DNA of 64,000 nt from a virus. Taxonomy: Duplodnaviria > Caudoviricetes. This document shows positions 28,654 to 37,938 of this stretch, one piece after another. Location: IMG/VR virus record IMGVR_UViG_3300025362_000477. One strand, 5' to 3'. The position numbers were made by a program, and so were the translations under genes. Each line of letters begins with the position of its first letter. The stretch's first letter is position 1. Below the pieces are notes generated by a model. That model was given only the letters and a program-made list of their open reading frames with translations, made no database searches and had not been told where the DNA came from.

Positions 28654-29590
28654 TGATATTTCCTTTCTTTAATTCAATAGCAGTCCACCCTTTGGACTTA
28701 CCTCTTGTAACTTTTCGATTTTCTAATCCTGCATTTACTAACCCATTAAATGAACCCAAATTATTATCTCTACAAAAATTACCCAATCCAGCCATTACAA
28801 TAAATTCCGTATTATTTGGATCCAAAACTTTCCATTTTTTAGATTTTCCATTTTTGGAACCTTTATTACACCCATTTTTTAATAACGATTCTGAAATTTT
28901 TTTCTTTTCAACTTCAGATAACTTATGTCCAAACCTAGGATTTCTATCACCAGTTAAACTATTTCTAATTTTCTGTTTAGTTTCATTACTACAAATTCTA
29001 TTTTTATATTTTTTATTAAATTCTTCCACTGTCCATGATCTTATAGTATTCTTTAATTTTTTTGATTGTCTATCTCTTTGTTCTTTAGGAACAGTTTTTC
29101 CAGTCATCCAATTCTTGGATCCTTTATGAGAATCTGATTGTCGTTTTAAATATTCAGGCGATCTCACCCAATCAGATGCTGGATGATTTTTTCCTTTTAA
29201 TCCAAACATTGCATTTTTAGCACCACGATTATCAGGAGCAGTATCACCACCAGATGTCATATTTGTTAATGGGCCTGTTTTCAAATCAGACCTACCTATT
29301 TTTAATATAAGATCAATTTCTAGGTTTTTAGCATCATCTTTAAAGACATTTGTTACAATCTTAAATATAATTGGAGATTTCCCATTTTTCCAGATTTTTT
29401 GAATAGTATTTATTTTATGTTTATTTCCTTTAATAGTTGGGTATTTCCTAGCTTCATTTAGGTGGTCTAGATGTCTCTTGTTTTGACCATAACCAACATA
29501 AAATGGTTCATACTCATATTCTAAATCATAATATTTAAACGGACCCTTCTTCAGTGGATTTAAATAAATGTACGTAAAAAATTTCTTCAT
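28640..29590 (-). CDS. Second GIY-YIG (LEM-3-like) homing endonuclease, between the two NAD salvage genes
   Basis: FTYIYLNP...FYVGYG...RHLDHL, IGRSDLKTGPLTNMTSGGD, NUMOD3-like repeats. Confidence 0.82.
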   Translation of the reverse strand: MKKFFTYIYLNPLKKGPFKYYDLEYEYEPFYVGYGQNKRHLDHLNEARKYPTIKGNKHKINTIQKIWKNGKSPIIFKIVTNVFKDDAKNLEIDLILKIGRSDLKTGPLTNMTSGGDTAPDNRGAKNAMFGLKGKNHPASDWVRSPEYLKRQSDSHKGSKNWMTGKTVPKEQRDRQSKKLKNTIRSWTVEEFNKKYKNRICSNETKQKIRNSLTGDRNPRFGHKLSEVEKKKISESLLKNGCNKGSKNGKSKKWKVLDPNNTEFIVMAGLGNFCRDNNLGSFNGLVNAGLENRKVTRGKSKGWTAIELKKGNINDRL

Positions 29591-29642
29591 TTTATCTACC
29601 TCACTTTTAATTTATTCTAACGAAGTAGATAAAAGAATTAAC

Positions 29643-30587
29643 TTATATTTTACATTTTTTATTTTTTAAATGATGAATTAAATCATCCATCAAAACATGA
29701 TGTTCATCCACAAGATCTTTATGTGATATATTATCATAATCATCATCACAAAAATCACTAATTGAAAACCATCGGACTTCACATATATCATCACCGGGTT
29801 CCACTGGTCCATGCATATATGTACAAGTGAAAAATGTAGTCAATAGTTTGTCAATTTCTCCTTCATATCTCCAATCATCAACTCTATGACTACTAACATA
29901 TGTAATATCACCTATCGATATGCCACCAGCTTCTTCACGAACTTCGCGGGCTACAGTATGTTCCAAACACTTATCAGTTGGATCAACAAATCCACCAATG
30001 AATCGATATTTCTTTTCATGCGGTTTTCTTCCAAGAAGCAACTTCTTCCTATCATCCTTCAGAATAGCCGCATCAATAGTTGGCCATACTTTGGGGTATT
30101 GATTTGAAGCAGCCCATATCACACCTTCTCTGAATTGTGGTGAACATCTCACCTTTCTTGAGGCAGACCTTCTGAGTTCAGTTCCAGATATAGTCCGATC
30201 AGGAATCAATTCTACAGTTTCATGTTTCCCATCATAATGACTGATGAATGAATCACGGCTACCATACAATACAGCTGTCTGGTTTGGACTTACTATATCA
30301 TTAATCGAAGAATCAAGTATCTTAGACCATGCACTATCATCAACCATATCTTTAATATATAGAACAATTGCTTCTGGATATTCATCCAATATCATTTGTT
30401 TGCGTGCTTCAAAATCCAGTGGGTTCTTAAATGTAACCCGTGTTGGACTCAAACCCAAGAATATGATAACTTTATCATGTTCTTTCATGACTGTATCAAT
30501 CAAGTCAGTATGTGCTTCATGCAGATATGGTACTTGAAACCTAGCCACTATAACTCCTACGTCTCCCGTCGTCTTTGTTCTTTCCAT
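29643..30587 (-). CDS. nadM: Bifunctional NMN adenylyltransferase / Nudix (ADP-ribose pyrophosphatase), NadM-Nudix type
   Basis: ARFQVPYLHEAH, KNPLDFEAR, ISGTELR, IGGFVD...EHTVAREVREEAG Nudix box. Confidence 0.93.
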   Translation of the reverse strand: MERTKTTGDVGVIVARFQVPYLHEAHTDLIDTVMKEHDKVIIFLGLSPTRVTFKNPLDFEARKQMILDEYPEAIVLYIKDMVDDSAWSKILDSSINDIVSPNQTAVLYGSRDSFISHYDGKHETVELIPDRTISGTELRRSASRKVRCSPQFREGVIWAASNQYPKVWPTIDAAILKDDRKKLLLGRKPHEKKYRFIGGFVDPTDKCLEHTVAREVREEAGGISIGDITYVSSHRVDDWRYEGEIDKLLTTFFTCTYMHGPVEPGDDICEVRWFSISDFCDDDYDNISHKDLVDEHHVLMDDLIHHLKNKKCKI

Positions 30588-30798
30588 GTTACCCTCCTTA
30601 GTATCTATGGAATTATATTGATCTTGTACTTAACAATTAACAGTACTCTTATTTATTTAAAACAGAAAAATACTCCACACTTATTACAAACACCACCAGC
30701 ACCCACACATCCCGTAAAATCATGTTCGCATTCTTCATTATCCAAACATTCATTGGATAGTTTCAATCCATCATCCATTCTAACTTCCTCTATTTAAC

Positions 30799-31344
30799 TT
30801 AACCCCAAGGCCAAGGAACTTTTCCCATGAGAGCCAATATAAAATATATTATCGATGCAACTGTAATAAATATCATCATTGGAATAACCATGATAGCAAT
30901 AGCATTTGCAGCTTTTCCATATAATTTAAATCTACCAAATTGAACTACGTTCCCTTCTAATAAAGTTTTGAAATTTTCACTAGCTTTGAATGATGTTTCA
31001 GATACTGACTTGGCAGTATTTGCGATCTCTAAAGTATTAGAAGATATCTTTTTTATATCTTCAATTTCTTTTCTCAGGGTGCTACATTCTACCACTAATG
31101 TATCAGCAATAGTAACAAGACTATTTTGCCTATTTCCGTTACCATATAATGTTTTGGAATAATCTTGTATTGAATGATCCAAATTCTGAAGTAGTGCAGT
31201 CAGTTCAATACCGGCAGCTCGAGTAATAGATACTGACTCAATTAATTTAGAAACATCAGATTCATTTCGATCAACACGAGCTTTCATCATTGCCACTTGA
31301 GCATCTAATTCCATAACATTATCCCTCAAACTGTTCATTTGCAT
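30799..31344 (-). CDS. Coiled-coil protein with a C-terminal TM helix
   Basis: Heptad-rich N-terminus, hydrophobic C-terminus. Confidence 0.6.
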   Translation of the reverse strand: MQMNSLRDNVMELDAQVAMMKARVDRNESDVSKLIESVSITRAAGIELTALLQNLDHSIQDYSKTLYGNGNRQNSLVTIADTLVVECSTLRKEIEDIKKISSNTLEIANTAKSVSETSFKASENFKTLLEGNVVQFGRFKLYGKAANAIAIMVIPMMIFITVASIIYFILALMGKVPWPWG

Positions 31345-31822
31345 CCGGATAATCAGGATCAGCCGGAATAGTCACACATAATAATACACCAGTTTCTATA
31401 CATTCAACAGAATGCGGTTCTCCTGGTGGAATTACTAATAAATCTTTATGATGAATTTCATAATTTTCTAATTCTCCATTTTTATTTTTCATTCTTACAA
31501 TCGCACAACCAGCAAGGCCATAAACAATCTCATAACAACCCGCTGCATGATTATTATGAAAATGACTAGATATAACAGAACCCCTATCAATATATGCTAA
31601 ACATGCTCCCAGATATCGATTTTTAAAAAAGCCCTCTAAACAAATATTACTACCCTCAAGTGACCTCAATACAGTAGCCTCAGTCTCAGTATCTCGTAAT
31701 TTTTTCAATCTAACAGGAATCAAATTTGACGCTAACCGTAATTTATGAAGAACAGAATCATAATCTAGATCATCTTTTTGTAAATGATTCTTACTAGGAA
31801 TATAAATTTTGTTAGTCGCCAT
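31319..31822 (-). CDS. Cupin-fold protein
   Basis: SHFH...YEIVYGLAG and IPPGEPHSV cupin motifs. Confidence 0.7.
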   Translation of the reverse strand: MATNKIYIPSKNHLQKDDLDYDSVLHKLRLASNLIPVRLKKLRDTETEATVLRSLEGSNICLEGFFKNRYLGACLAYIDRGSVISSHFHNNHAAGCYEIVYGLAGCAIVRMKNKNGELENYEIHHKDLLVIPPGEPHSVECIETGVLLCVTIPADPDYPDANEQFEG

Positions 31823-31922
31823 TTCTCTTTCACCTCTCGAATAAATTAAAGGATAATATTTTATAATTTATTCGGAAAAGAATTAATATAATGGGGTTCT
31901 TTTGATGGATTAAAAATTCCTA

Positions 31923-32177
31923 TTAAACTGTAAGTGAATATTCACTATTCATAGTTTTAAATTTAATTTCCTTATTAGTGGCTGAAATAATCTCAATTAC
32001 TGGAGTAGTCAACCAAAAATCTCTAGTAGAATAAGTTCCAGCTGTCATTGACCCTACTAAAAATTTTGCACCAACCCTAGGCAACGGACCCAGAACTTCA
32101 CAAGTATATGGATCAATCGATTCTGTTCTGGAACCCGAAAACCCTTCATTATCTCTTATTCGTCTTAGTGTTGCCAT
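31923..32177 (-). CDS. Hypothetical phage protein
   Basis: 84 aa; WLTTPVIEI...FKTMNSEY. Confidence 0.6.
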   Translation of the reverse strand: MATLRRIRDNEGFSGSRTESIDPYTCEVLGPLPRVGAKFLVGSMTAGTYSTRDFWLTTPVIEIISATNKEIKFKTMNSEYSLTV

Positions 32178-32194
32178 AATATTATCCTTTGAAT

Positions 32195-32271
32195 TGGTAG
32201 GCGGAGGTGGAATCGAACCACCGACCTCAACCGTATCAGAGTCGCAATCTAACCAACTGATCTACCCGCCT
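32195..32271 (-). tRNA. tRNA-Ile(GAU)
   Basis: Cloverleaf AGGCGGG...CT GAT AC...TTCGATT...ACCA. Confidence 0.9.
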
Positions 32272-32283
32272 TTAATATTTATT

Positions 32284-32691
32284 CTAAGAATCTTCGATTC
32301 CTTTAACTCCTATCATCATCCAATGATCCAAATCTCCAGACTCTAAAACATTAATTCCCAACCATGCATTATTAGGATTAGGATCATGACATACGATACC
32401 ATCTAAATCTATGACAACAGAATGGGTTACAGAATCATATGTTTTACTTGGTACAGTTGCAATAACGTATCCATCAACACTTATTGATTTGGATAACACA
32501 TGCCCATTTGGTCGATCTTTACACTTAGGCCAACCGCATCCATAATATTCATATCCATTATCCCTTAAATAATCCCACAACTTTTGGAAATGATCAGGTC
32601 CAAGAGTTATAAAATTAGGGACTATATCAATATTCAATTCTAATATACTTGATATACATGCTCGAGTACAATCACCATTATCTTTATCCAC
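32284..32691 (-). CDS. Hypothetical protein (Cys...His-Asp, peptidase-like pattern)
   Basis: GDCTRACISSIL...THSVVIDLDGIVCHDPNP. Confidence 0.55.
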   Translation of the reverse strand: MDKDNGDCTRACISSILELNIDIVPNFITLGPDHFQKLWDYLRDNGYEYYGCGWPKCKDRPNGHVLSKSISVDGYVIATVPSKTYDSVTHSVVIDLDGIVCHDPNPNNAWLGINVLESGDLDHWMMIGVKGIEDS

Positions 32692-33175
32692 TATAATCTG
32701 ATCTATTTTTAAGATAATCTGTCTCCATTTTTGATATTCTTATTAATTTGAACTGATAGCATGCTATGTAAAATCCATAACTATGAAGTCTTAAAATTTT
32801 GTATGATGCATTTAATTTCCAACTGTCCCACCATCTAAGGGGTAATAACCATATTTTAAACCGTGGATATCTAATGTTTAACATGATAGCACTGTTGTTC
32901 TTCCATCTCCTTAGAGAATCCTCAAACCCCTCCAAACTACCATCAGAGAAATGAAAATCAACATCATGAACAGCTGAAAGTTCTATAAAATGTCTAAATA
33001 TCCAAGTCAGAGTATATCGTAAAATTTCCGGAAATGAATCAGGACCAAAGTAATTGAATATTTTTATAAATTCAACATCCGATAATTTATCAAATTCTAA
33101 TGACCTTTCAAGATCCCATTCAATAACATTTTTCTTAGCTTGTAATTTCGATGCAAATTCTAATTTTTTATCCAT
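32684..33175 (-). CDS. Hypothetical protein
   Basis: Start moved to MDKK because the longer ORF overlaps tRNA-Val. Confidence 0.6.
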   Translation of the reverse strand: MDKKLEFASKLQAKKNVIEWDLERSLEFDKLSDVEFIKIFNYFGPDSFPEILRYTLTWIFRHFIELSAVHDVDFHFSDGSLEGFEDSLRRWKNNSAIMLNIRYPRFKIWLLPLRWWDSWKLNASYKILRLHSYGFYIACYQFKLIRISKMETDYLKNRSDYSG

Positions 33176-33191
33176 GATATTTTTACCTCTA

Positions 33192-33268
33192 TGGTAGTCG
33201 GAGTGAGATTCGGACTCACGACAACATGTATGTAAAACAGGAACTCTAACCAACTGAGCTACCCGACT
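33192..33268 (-). tRNA. tRNA-Val(UAC), slightly non-canonical
   Basis: Loop TT TAC AT, T-loop TCCGAAT, one anticodon-stem mismatch, encoded CCA. Confidence 0.8.
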
Positions 33269-33270
33269 AT

Positions 33271-33720
33271 TTATTGCATAAAAACAATATAATTAAATTT
33301 TTTCATTTGATTTAAATATAAATTGTAAATTTGTTCTTTTTTCTTCTCTGAGAGAAATGATGCACCATCAACTATAATCATATTAAATAGATTCTCATCA
33401 TTATTGATCAAAATTTTACTAAATGCAAAAAATGTAGAAAATCTCGGATATATGCATGGATGAAAAATTGGATCACTCTTAAATCTAATTAATTGATCAT
33501 TATTCTGACATATAACAAGAGCGTTAAATTTATTCTCATTTAATAAAATTTTGATAGCTCGAGTATGACCAACTTGTCTCGAACAACCAATTTTAATAGT
33601 ACAAAATTCTTTTAAATATGCCTTGGGTGAAATTGCATATAATCTAGAGGGACATACCTTTTGAGAATCTGTAGATTCATCTAATAAGAGATTTAAACAT
33701 TCATATATTCTATTACTCAT
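33271..33720 (-). CDS. Hypothetical protein (degenerate P-loop-like)
   Basis: GCSRQVGHTRA...IIVDGAS. Confidence 0.5.
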   Translation of the reverse strand: MSNRIYECLNLLLDESTDSQKVCPSRLYAISPKAYLKEFCTIKIGCSRQVGHTRAIKILLNENKFNALVICQNNDQLIRFKSDPIFHPCIYPRFSTFFAFSKILINNDENLFNMIIVDGASFLSEKKKEQIYNLYLNQMKKFNYIVFMQ

Positions 33721-33762
33721 AGGAACAACTCCTTTTTATACTGACTAATATAATTATATTAT

Positions 33763-34281
33763 TTACATTGAAACGCTATTCTTTCCACCAAAGGTAGATT
33801 CCAATCTACCACCATGTTCTCTAGATAATTGTTCCGCTAACATTCTTGATCTAGCTTCACTCCCATCCAGAATAGCCATGTTTCGTTCTTCAAAATCTTC
33901 CGTTGGTTCAGTTGGTTCAGAACCAACGACCATAGATGCACCACTATTTTGACCTACTGCCATTTCTTCTCGAACAATCTCTGGCAAAACCCCTCTCATT
34001 TTAGCCAATGTTGCTATAACTTGTGCTTGATACCTGGCATCATTCGGAGTGTTCTTATCCATTTCATTAACTGTCCGTGGACTTGATGGGGTTGATGGTC
34101 GAATGACAGTCTCATGTACATATTGTTTTTTCTTCCCAAACTCAACTGGGTCACAATCAAAAAATACCTGTTTACCACTATCAAAAATAACACATCCAAA
34201 TGTTCTAGCTTTGTTATATTTTACAGATTCAACAATATCACCACATTCAGGTATATGTTTCTTTGAAACTATTTTAGCCAT
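33763..34281 (-). CDS. Hypothetical protein
   Basis: 172-aa ORF with RBS. Confidence 0.65.
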   Translation of the reverse strand: MAKIVSKKHIPECGDIVESVKYNKARTFGCVIFDSGKQVFFDCDPVEFGKKKQYVHETVIRPSTPSSPRTVNEMDKNTPNDARYQAQVIATLAKMRGVLPEIVREEMAVGQNSGASMVVGSEPTEPTEDFEERNMAILDGSEARSRMLAEQLSREHGGRLESTFGGKNSVSM

Positions 34282-34490
34282 GATTAAATCCTTTTAATTT
34301 ATTCTAGAATGGAATGAATCCTGACACATCCTTACCTGTTGGGCTACTAACATCATATCCAGAACCAAATAAAGCCTTATCAATAACATCCCATGCGTCT
34401 TGTTCAGTTTCATATTGAACTGGTTTATTACCATACCAACTACCATGTGTATTTACAATATAATTAACTTCTTTCATAGTTATCCTTCAA

Positions 34491-34567
34491 TGGCGGACCG
34501 AGGTGGACTTGAACCACCAACACGGAAATTTTCAGTCTCCTGCTCTGCCGATTGGAGCTACCGATCC
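34491..34567 (-). tRNA. tRNA-Phe(GAA)
   Basis: GGAGA CT GAA AA TTTCC arm, TTCAAGT loop, CCA. Confidence 0.92.
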
Positions 34568-34731
34568 TTTCAAATTAAACTTTTTTGATCTTTACTGTCT
34601 TAATCTTCCATCCAGTGTAAGGCTTTCTATTACATGCAAACAAATCTATCATAATCATCAATATACAATACATCACGATCTTTATAATTATCAATCTTAT
34701 CCACTGGGCTGGGTTGCGGGCAAAGCCCGTA

Positions 34732-35736
34732 TTAGAATGAATAGCCGAGCCCGAGGATGTAACGGTAATCGCTTTTGTCAAGACCAGCTGCAGGCTTGGA
34801 GTTGTGTTCCATTTCGGCTTTTGCCTCCATGATCCAGCTGCCGACAAGTTTTGTCTGTAAACCGGCATCGGCATAGACGAGGAAGATGTCGCTGCGTTCG
34901 GTGCTGGGCAGGAATGTGACGTTATGGAATGCTTTGACATTCTCCCAGAGCTGCTTGTCCAGGTGATAGGCCAGGCGGATAGCCATATAGTCGCGAGTTT
35001 CAGAGGGATCTGAGTACTCTGCATGTACATATGAGAGGCCTGCCTCTGTGTTGAAGTTAAGATCGTCACTTTCGACCCATTGATAACCAACACCGGCACC
35101 CAGAGTGACGCGCATATCCAGGTTGTTAATACGGTCCTTCTCATAAAGAATGTTTCCGTAGAGGTAGAACTGGTCACTTAAAAAGTAGTCATATTTGCCA
35201 TTGATGAACCACTTGTCTTCGGTTGTGTCGTCCGTACCGGTGGATTGATCGCGTTTCTTGTCAAAGCGGTAGCCAGCTCCAAGGGAGATGCGGTCGTCTT
35301 TACGGCGCAGCTGGGCATTAGCATTAATGCTGGCGGTATCGCTATGTGTATTGCCGCGGGCGAAGTTGGCTCCTGCGACCAGGCTTCCTGTCCATTTCGG
35401 TGCTTCGGGGTTTACTTCGGCAATGTCGGTTAGTGGCAGGGCTGTATTAGATGCTGCCAGGGTTATGGTTCCTGCTTTGGCAGCAACTGTTTTAGTTTCA
35501 ACACGTGTGCCATCAGGCTTTTCAATAGTAATGGATTCATCTGTGGAGAATGTCTGGATGTCATCCATCTTTAACGAGAGTTTGCCTGCGACCTTTGATT
35601 CAAAGGCCATCTTTCCGCCGGAGACTTTCTTAACGGTTCCGGTCAGCTTGTCGCCGGATTTAAAGAGGATTACATCTCCGAACACCGAAAAGGCACTCAG
35701 TAAACCAACAGCTATCCATCCGTAATGTTTGTTCAT
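34732..35736 (-). CDS. DUF481/YdiY-like outer-membrane beta-barrel protein, high GC
   Basis: Signal peptide, N-terminal beta domain (GDKLTG), amphipathic strands, C-terminal LGLGYSF (terminal Phe); GC far above the flanks. Confidence 0.85.
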   Translation of the reverse strand: MNKHYGWIAVGLLSAFSVFGDVILFKSGDKLTGTVKKVSGGKMAFESKVAGKLSLKMDDIQTFSTDESITIEKPDGTRVETKTVAAKAGTITLAASNTALPLTDIAEVNPEAPKWTGSLVAGANFARGNTHSDTASINANAQLRRKDDRISLGAGYRFDKKRDQSTGTDDTTEDKWFINGKYDYFLSDQFYLYGNILYEKDRINNLDMRVTLGAGVGYQWVESDDLNFNTEAGLSYVHAEYSDPSETRDYMAIRLAYHLDKQLWENVKAFHNVTFLPSTERSDIFLVYADAGLQTKLVGSWIMEAKAEMEHNSKPAAGLDKSDYRYILGLGYSF

Positions 35737-35757
35737 GTTATTTCCCTTTAATTGTGT

Positions 35758-36054
35758 TTATTCCGTTGAAATCGTTGAAGTTACCACTTGGGACCGCCGG
35801 GCTGATGCATGCTGCCACCGTTTATCAGCAGGGATCCCTATGCGTTTATGTATAACCTTTAATTCAGGATAATTTTCAAGACCTATCTCATACATTTTAA
35901 CTCGTTCAAAATAATCTAATATATCACCCGTTTCTTTTCCATTCTTGTCAATAATTTTAAAATTATATGGGTCATCATCAACTGCTCTAATAAAGAATCC
36001 TACTGGTATACCACGAAATTCCTTTAGCACTTCAAGTTTGTATTCTGTTCTCAT
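35758..36054 (-). CDS. Hypothetical protein (3' end runs into GC-rich DNA)
   Basis: 98-aa ORF. Confidence 0.55.
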   Translation of the reverse strand: MRTEYKLEVLKEFRGIPVGFFIRAVDDDPYNFKIIDKNGKETGDILDYFERVKMYEIGLENYPELKVIHKRIGIPADKRWQHASARRSQVVTSTISTE

Positions 36055-36072
36055 TATTGTCCTTTCAATAAA

Positions 36073-36483
36073 TTACCAATATTCTTTATGATCACATCGA
36101 GTACATTTGAAATATGCACCATGCTGGTCAGAATCAACAATTTCCATATCATGACCATTCAATTTGCAATATTCTATTTTTGCTTCTATACGATGCTGTG
36201 TATGATCTATCTTAGCTTGATTGATTTTCTCTACCATACTATATGGGAGATGCATTGTTACTTGCATGGTATCATCGAATGAACCCTTACAAACATCAAC
36301 TTGAATATCCTTAATAGATACTCTAGTAACATGATCCCCAATAGATTTAGCTAAATTCTCCATTTGTTCTTTAGTTATATCATCAGAAAAATAACTATTC
36401 AAACTATCCTTTATATGAGAGCTGATTCTATCAATTATACCTTCTGGAGTTTCAGATTTCAAACTAGCTACATATTTACTCAT
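36073..36483 (-). CDS. Hypothetical protein with a C-terminal zinc finger
   Basis: CKLNGH...CTRC. Confidence 0.6.
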   Translation of the reverse strand: MSKYVASLKSETPEGIIDRISSHIKDSLNSYFSDDITKEQMENLAKSIGDHVTRVSIKDIQVDVCKGSFDDTMQVTMHLPYSMVEKINQAKIDHTQHRIEAKIEYCKLNGHDMEIVDSDQHGAYFKCTRCDHKEYW

Positions 36484-36498
36484 TAATTATCTCCAATA

Positions 36499-36573
36499 TG
36501 GGGCGGTATACGGGAATCGGACCCGCGCACGAGGAACCACAGTCCTCTGTTCTACCATTGAACTAATACCGCC
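36499..36573 (-). tRNA. tRNA-His(GUG) with encoded G-1
   Basis: GAGGA CT GTG GT TCCTC arm; T-loop TCCGATT; CCA. Confidence 0.88.
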
Positions 36574-36607
36574 ATCTTTATTTATTCCTTTAATGTGAAT
36601 CCATTTC

Positions 36608-36823
36608 TCATGAACAATCTCTAGATTCCGCGATATACTGGATTATCTCAATCTCAAGATTTATCTCTCCGATGAATGCTTCATTTTTTTGAATTTCCAA
36701 ATTCATTTCATTTCGTTTAAGTTCAAGTGCTGATCTCTGAGTCATAAGTGATCTGGAAGCTTTATCCAAATTATCAGAATTAGTTAGTTCGTATTTCTTT
36801 TTCATCGTATCTATAATAGACAT
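36608..36823 (-). CDS. Small coiled-coil hypothetical protein
   Basis: 71-aa ORF. Confidence 0.55.
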   Translation of the reverse strand: MSIIDTMKKKYELTNSDNLDKASRSLMTQRSALELKRNEMNLEIQKNEAFIGEINLEIEIIQYIAESRDCS

Positions 36824-36853
36824 ATTAATTTCCTTTTGTTTTGTGTTCAGTGT

Positions 36854-37210
36854 TTATTTTGGAATTTCAGTTTTAAATTTGTGTGTGTTAACTTCTAGTA
36901 GTATATCTAGAAGTTCGAGTGTTTGTAAATCTACTGATGCCTGCCATATATCACCTACTTTAAAATAACGATGTAGATAATATCTAGTCTTAAATTCATA
37001 CTTATGATACCCAGTCTTACTTAAAATTGAATAGAAACAATCATCACAGTCAGGGATATCACATATCAGATCTAGACCAAACTCCCAATGCATTCTAAAT
37101 TCAAGAAGTGGAGTTCTTATTCTTTCAAGTTTTAATGCTTCCCTATTAGACTGATTAATTAATACTTCTTTAATCTCTTCTGATTTTAGTTGTTTTACTT
37201 CCATTGCCAC
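36854..37210 (-). CDS. Hypothetical protein
   Basis: 118-aa ORF, CxxxxCxxC. Confidence 0.55.
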   Translation of the reverse strand: MAMEVKQLKSEEIKEVLINQSNREALKLERIRTPLLEFRMHWEFGLDLICDIPDCDDCFYSILSKTGYHKYEFKTRYYLHRYFKVGDIWQASVDLQTLELLDILLEVNTHKFKTEIPK

Positions 37211-37619
37211 TGGTGGCTATGTCTTCATTCCTATCGGTCCCATCAGTATTCTCCTCAATCTCGTTAAGTATTGTTTCATCTATAAATCCATTTTCAAGTG
37301 CTGAGATATAACAATCATCATCAACAATATCATCTTCTTCATCAAAAATTCCTGGATATTTCTTTTTAGCTTCTGAATACCATTCGTCCTGAGACTTATT
37401 ACATGCAGAATGTTTTTCATTCATCACAGTATACAAAGCTGAGATCTTTAATTGTAATTCTTCAACCTTAACACTTTTCTGTGATACACTAAGTTTATGT
37501 TCATCTAAAAATGCCTGAGTTTCAATCTGTTGTCTTTGGAATTCCTTCTCTACATCACATAATTGCTCATATGTTAAATCTTTATATTGTTCTCGTGCTC
37601 GATCTAATACTTTAGACAT
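37170..37619 (-). CDS. Acidic hypothetical protein
   Basis: 149-aa ORF with GGAG RBS. Confidence 0.6.
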   Translation of the reverse strand: MSKVLDRAREQYKDLTYEQLCDVEKEFQRQQIETQAFLDEHKLSVSQKSVKVEELQLKISALYTVMNEKHSACNKSQDEWYSEAKKKYPGIFDEEDDIVDDDCYISALENGFIDETILNEIEENTDGTDRNEDIATSGNGSKTTKIRRD

Positions 37620-37640
37620 ATAATTCTCCGATCATAAATA

Positions 37641-37714
37641 TACTCCCGCCGGGATTCGAACCCGGAACACAAGGTTTTAGGGACCTCTGCTCTAGCCAGT
37701 TGAGCTACGAGAGC
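37641..37714 (-). tRNA. tRNA with CUA anticodon (putative amber suppressor); CCA not encoded
   Basis: GCTCTCG/CGGGAGT acceptor, GCTC/GAGC D-stem, GAGGT-CC CTA AA-ACCTT anticodon arm, CCGGG-TTCGAAT-CCCGG T-arm. Confidence 0.78.
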
Positions 37715-37722
37715 GTTTGAAA

Positions 37723-37938
37723 TCATAGTAATTGTAAATTTGAAAATATCTTTTTGTCAGTTACAGTTGCAATTGCAGTTAATTGATTTCCAATATCAGG
37801 TTCTTTAAATCCAACCCAATCCATGTTTCTTCTAGTCAATTTATCTCCCCAGTTAACCAGACATTCCTCAGAATCAACACTTAAATAAATTAGAGTGCCT
37901 TTCCAATCACCATGCAAGCCATGCATAATATTCATCAA
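37723..37938 (-). CDS. Peptidyl-tRNA hydrolase II (PTH2)-like C-terminal fragment
   Basis: TLIYLSV...FKEPDIGNQLTAIA...LQLL resembles PTH2-like phage proteins; the N-terminal half is absent (in-frame TGA upstream). Confidence 0.45.
   Translation of the reverse strand: MMNIMHGLHGDWKGTLIYLSVDSEECLVNWGDKLTRRNMDWVGFKEPDIGNQLTAIATVTDKKIFSNLQLL

Noticed and set aside
1996-30797. Numerous plus-strand ORFs in the track (for example 1996, 6552, 10629, 15379, 22725, 28653, 30396)
   Set aside because: They are antisense shadows of well-supported minus-strand genes, with no RBS or recognisable motifs.
34440-34450. Fourth copy of the CTACCATGTGT 11-mer
   Set aside because: Opposite orientation, no hairpin, and it lies inside a small minus-strand ORF (codons THGS); treated as coincidence.
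34503-35725. Alternative ORFs 34503..34832, 34575..35177 and 35288..35725
   Set aside because: By-products of the GC-rich barrel gene (fewer stop codons); they overlap it or tRNA-Phe.
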